Shown here one piece after another: positions 23,594 to 25,515 of a DNA stretch of 25,515 nucleotides. The stretch lies in NCBI GenBank assembly GCA_965213685.1, contig CBDBZY010000066.1, positions 1 to 25,515 on the forward strand, given 5' to 3'. The position numbers and the translations under genes were made by a program. The first letter of the stretch is position 1, and each line of letters opens with the position of its first letter. Below the pieces are notes generated by a model. The model was not told the DNA's origin and did not search any database. It saw only the letters and a list, made by a program, of their open reading frames with translations. The stretch comes from a bacterium. Its GTDB lineage: Bacteria > UBA8248.

Positions 23594-25150
23594 GATTCTT
23601 TCGGGGGCGAAGTGCGGGAAGGGTTGGGGGGCGCGCCTGGCTTTGCGGACATCGAAGCCAGCAACTTCCGGGCGCGCGCTCCAAATCGACGGTTGCAAAA
23701 AGCGTCAAATCGACGCCCCTGCGCCGGAACTCGTGGCGGTTTGTATGGGATGCATCGCTACGGCGGAACAGGTGGATTCTGGTACAAAGTGGTTCCACGC
23801 TGAACCGTTTTGGGCGAGATAGCGATAAATCGCATCCACAGCCCGCCTGGGCGCGCAACCTGGACGGCCTTGGCATCACGGGGCTCGCTCCGCTCGCCTC
23901 CTTTCTGTTTCTGGGGGGCGTCGACGGGCTCGCTCCGCTCGCCTCTCTCCTCCTTCGGGTGGCGGGCGGACGGACTCGCTGCGCTCGCCCGGGGACGGTG
24001 CACGCGCAGGTGACGGGGGCGAGGGCGAGCGTTGGTCAGCGCGTGGCGTATACAACAATCTAACCCCTCTCTCAATTTGCAGGATCGTTGCGGCGGGGGA
24101 AGGGTGCTTTTGGGGGCGGCGTCCGGTGAGGCGCTGATACCGCGTCCGAAGGACGGTGGGTGCTGTCCGATGGGGGTTGTCGCGCGTCCGGGGTGGTTCC
24201 GCGGCTATTGACGCAACAATTCGCAGCCGCTGAGCGGGAGAATCGATTGCTGCTGCGATTTCTGCGGGGGGCTCGCTCCCGGCGTCTCTGCGTTTGCCCG
24301 TTTTGGCCTCGCGCCGGGGGTTCTGCGGAAAAGTTGCAAATTAATCACAAAATCGGCCGGGGAGTGCCAAATATTGCTCTGCTGCCCGCGCCGGCGCGTC
24401 GGATCGCTTCTCCTGGTCAAGGGCTATTCCCGGCTTGTCTCGGCGGCCTCGGGAAGGAGGTAGTTCCGGAGCTATCCCCGTTCCGCCGCCCGTTCGCCCT
24501 GAAAAAAAGTACCATTGCAATTCCGTAAAATGGCCCCCCGTATCCCCCCGCAGCTCAAATTTCGCATATCGATAGTCGAATCGATTCAGGAGATCGCGGG
24601 CTTTTCCAACGGTTGTCTCGGCGGGTCCGAATCGCCGCCGTTGCAAAGATAGCCATCATTTTCGTCCCCATCGAGGGCAATTTGCTTGCTTTACTTACTT
24701 AGGTAAAAAATCCTTCGCCACCGCCACTTCGTGGCCCCAAACTGCAACCAAGCGCTCCGGTAGGACCGCCGCTGCCGCTCCCAAACCGCCGGCCCAATCG
24801 CCGCCCCGCCTCGCAGGCGCCCTCTAACCGCCCCATATATCGAGGGCCGCCGCAATCGCGGTCAAAATCGGCCGCGGTTTGGCGAAAAGCCGCGGTCACA
24901 TCAAATTCGGCCACCTCGAACGACGTCCTTCAGTTGCAGAGCGATCTTTGGGCAAAGCTCGGCTTCGGGGACCGCAGAATCCCCTGGATTGTCGGCGATT
25001 CGCCTCCCCTAACCACCGAAAATCGAGCCCAACATCGCCCGCGCTCCCACCACCATCAGAAGCCGAGATTTCAATTTGGGCCGGTGCAGGACGACGAAGG
25101 AGCACGAGTGCGCAAATCCACCAAATCCGCGCTGCAGGGCCTACTCCACC

Positions 25151-25515
25151 ATGCTCAAGCGCGCCACCGCCCGCTCCTCCAAGGCGGCGGCTGTCGCCGC
25201 GGCGACGGACGGGCCCGCCAAACCCGCCTCTCCTATTTGACCGCGGCCGATCAGCCGCAGGCGCCCGACGAGGTTGTGGAAAGAGTCCGCCTCAAGGTCA
25301 CGAACGCCCACGTCTTCAAGCTCCCGCCCAAGCCGTCGGCGGGCGGGTGGCGCGGCGCCGAGTGGCGGGACAAGGTGTGGCAGGGGCACCCTCAAGGTCG
25401 TCGAGCGGGGCGAGGAGACGGCCGTCTTGTTGGTGGACAACAAGGAAGAGAAAAACATCTTTGCGGTGTGCCCGATACGGCACAATTTGGACGGGAAAAC
25501 AAACGTGGGAACGGC
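25151..25515 (+). CDS. NECAP: NECAP-like protein, copy 12, cut by the window end
   Basis: CCACCATGCTCAAG at 25146-25159 followed by the same coding sequence with private indels. Confidence 0.8.

Larger units (their letters stand above)
1..25515 (+). repeat. Tandem array of a ~2231-bp unit, about 11.4 copies; unit starts at 1, 2232, 4463, 6694, 8925, 11156, 13387, 15618, 17893, 20137, 22363, 24601
   Basis: The landmark CTTTCCAACG recurs at these positions. The ORF track repeats with an exact 2231 offset for copies 1-7. Copies 8-11 are 2275, 2244, 2226 and 2238 bp. Confidence 0.99.

Overview
The window is one head-to-tail tandem array of a ~2.23-kb GC-rich eukaryotic unit: 11 full copies plus a partial 12th, with both ends of the array outside the window. 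Each unit has one recognisable gene, a NECAP (adaptin-ear-binding coat-associated protein, PHear/DUF1681) ORF on the + strand. Its cross-copy consensus is 224 aa. Homology stops right after the conserved 'DYKMKEGE' motif and there is no C-terminal WxxF, so it looks like a 3'-truncated, PHear-only gene. The other ~1.3 kb of each unit is non-coding, starts at that truncation point and is bounded by degenerate inverted repeats, suggesting a non-autonomous element that co-amplified the gene fragment. Positions 1-16606 appear perfectly periodic (2231 bp) and share the same 1-bp indels, including NECAP frameshifts. Copies 9-12 lack those indels but each carries private ones, so the frameshifts and exact copy number are probably long-read assembly artefacts. 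A ~1.15-kb block (16939-18083) is a diverged variant of the non-coding module only. All other ORFs in the track look spurious. A stramenopile (diatom-like) host is a low-confidence inference.
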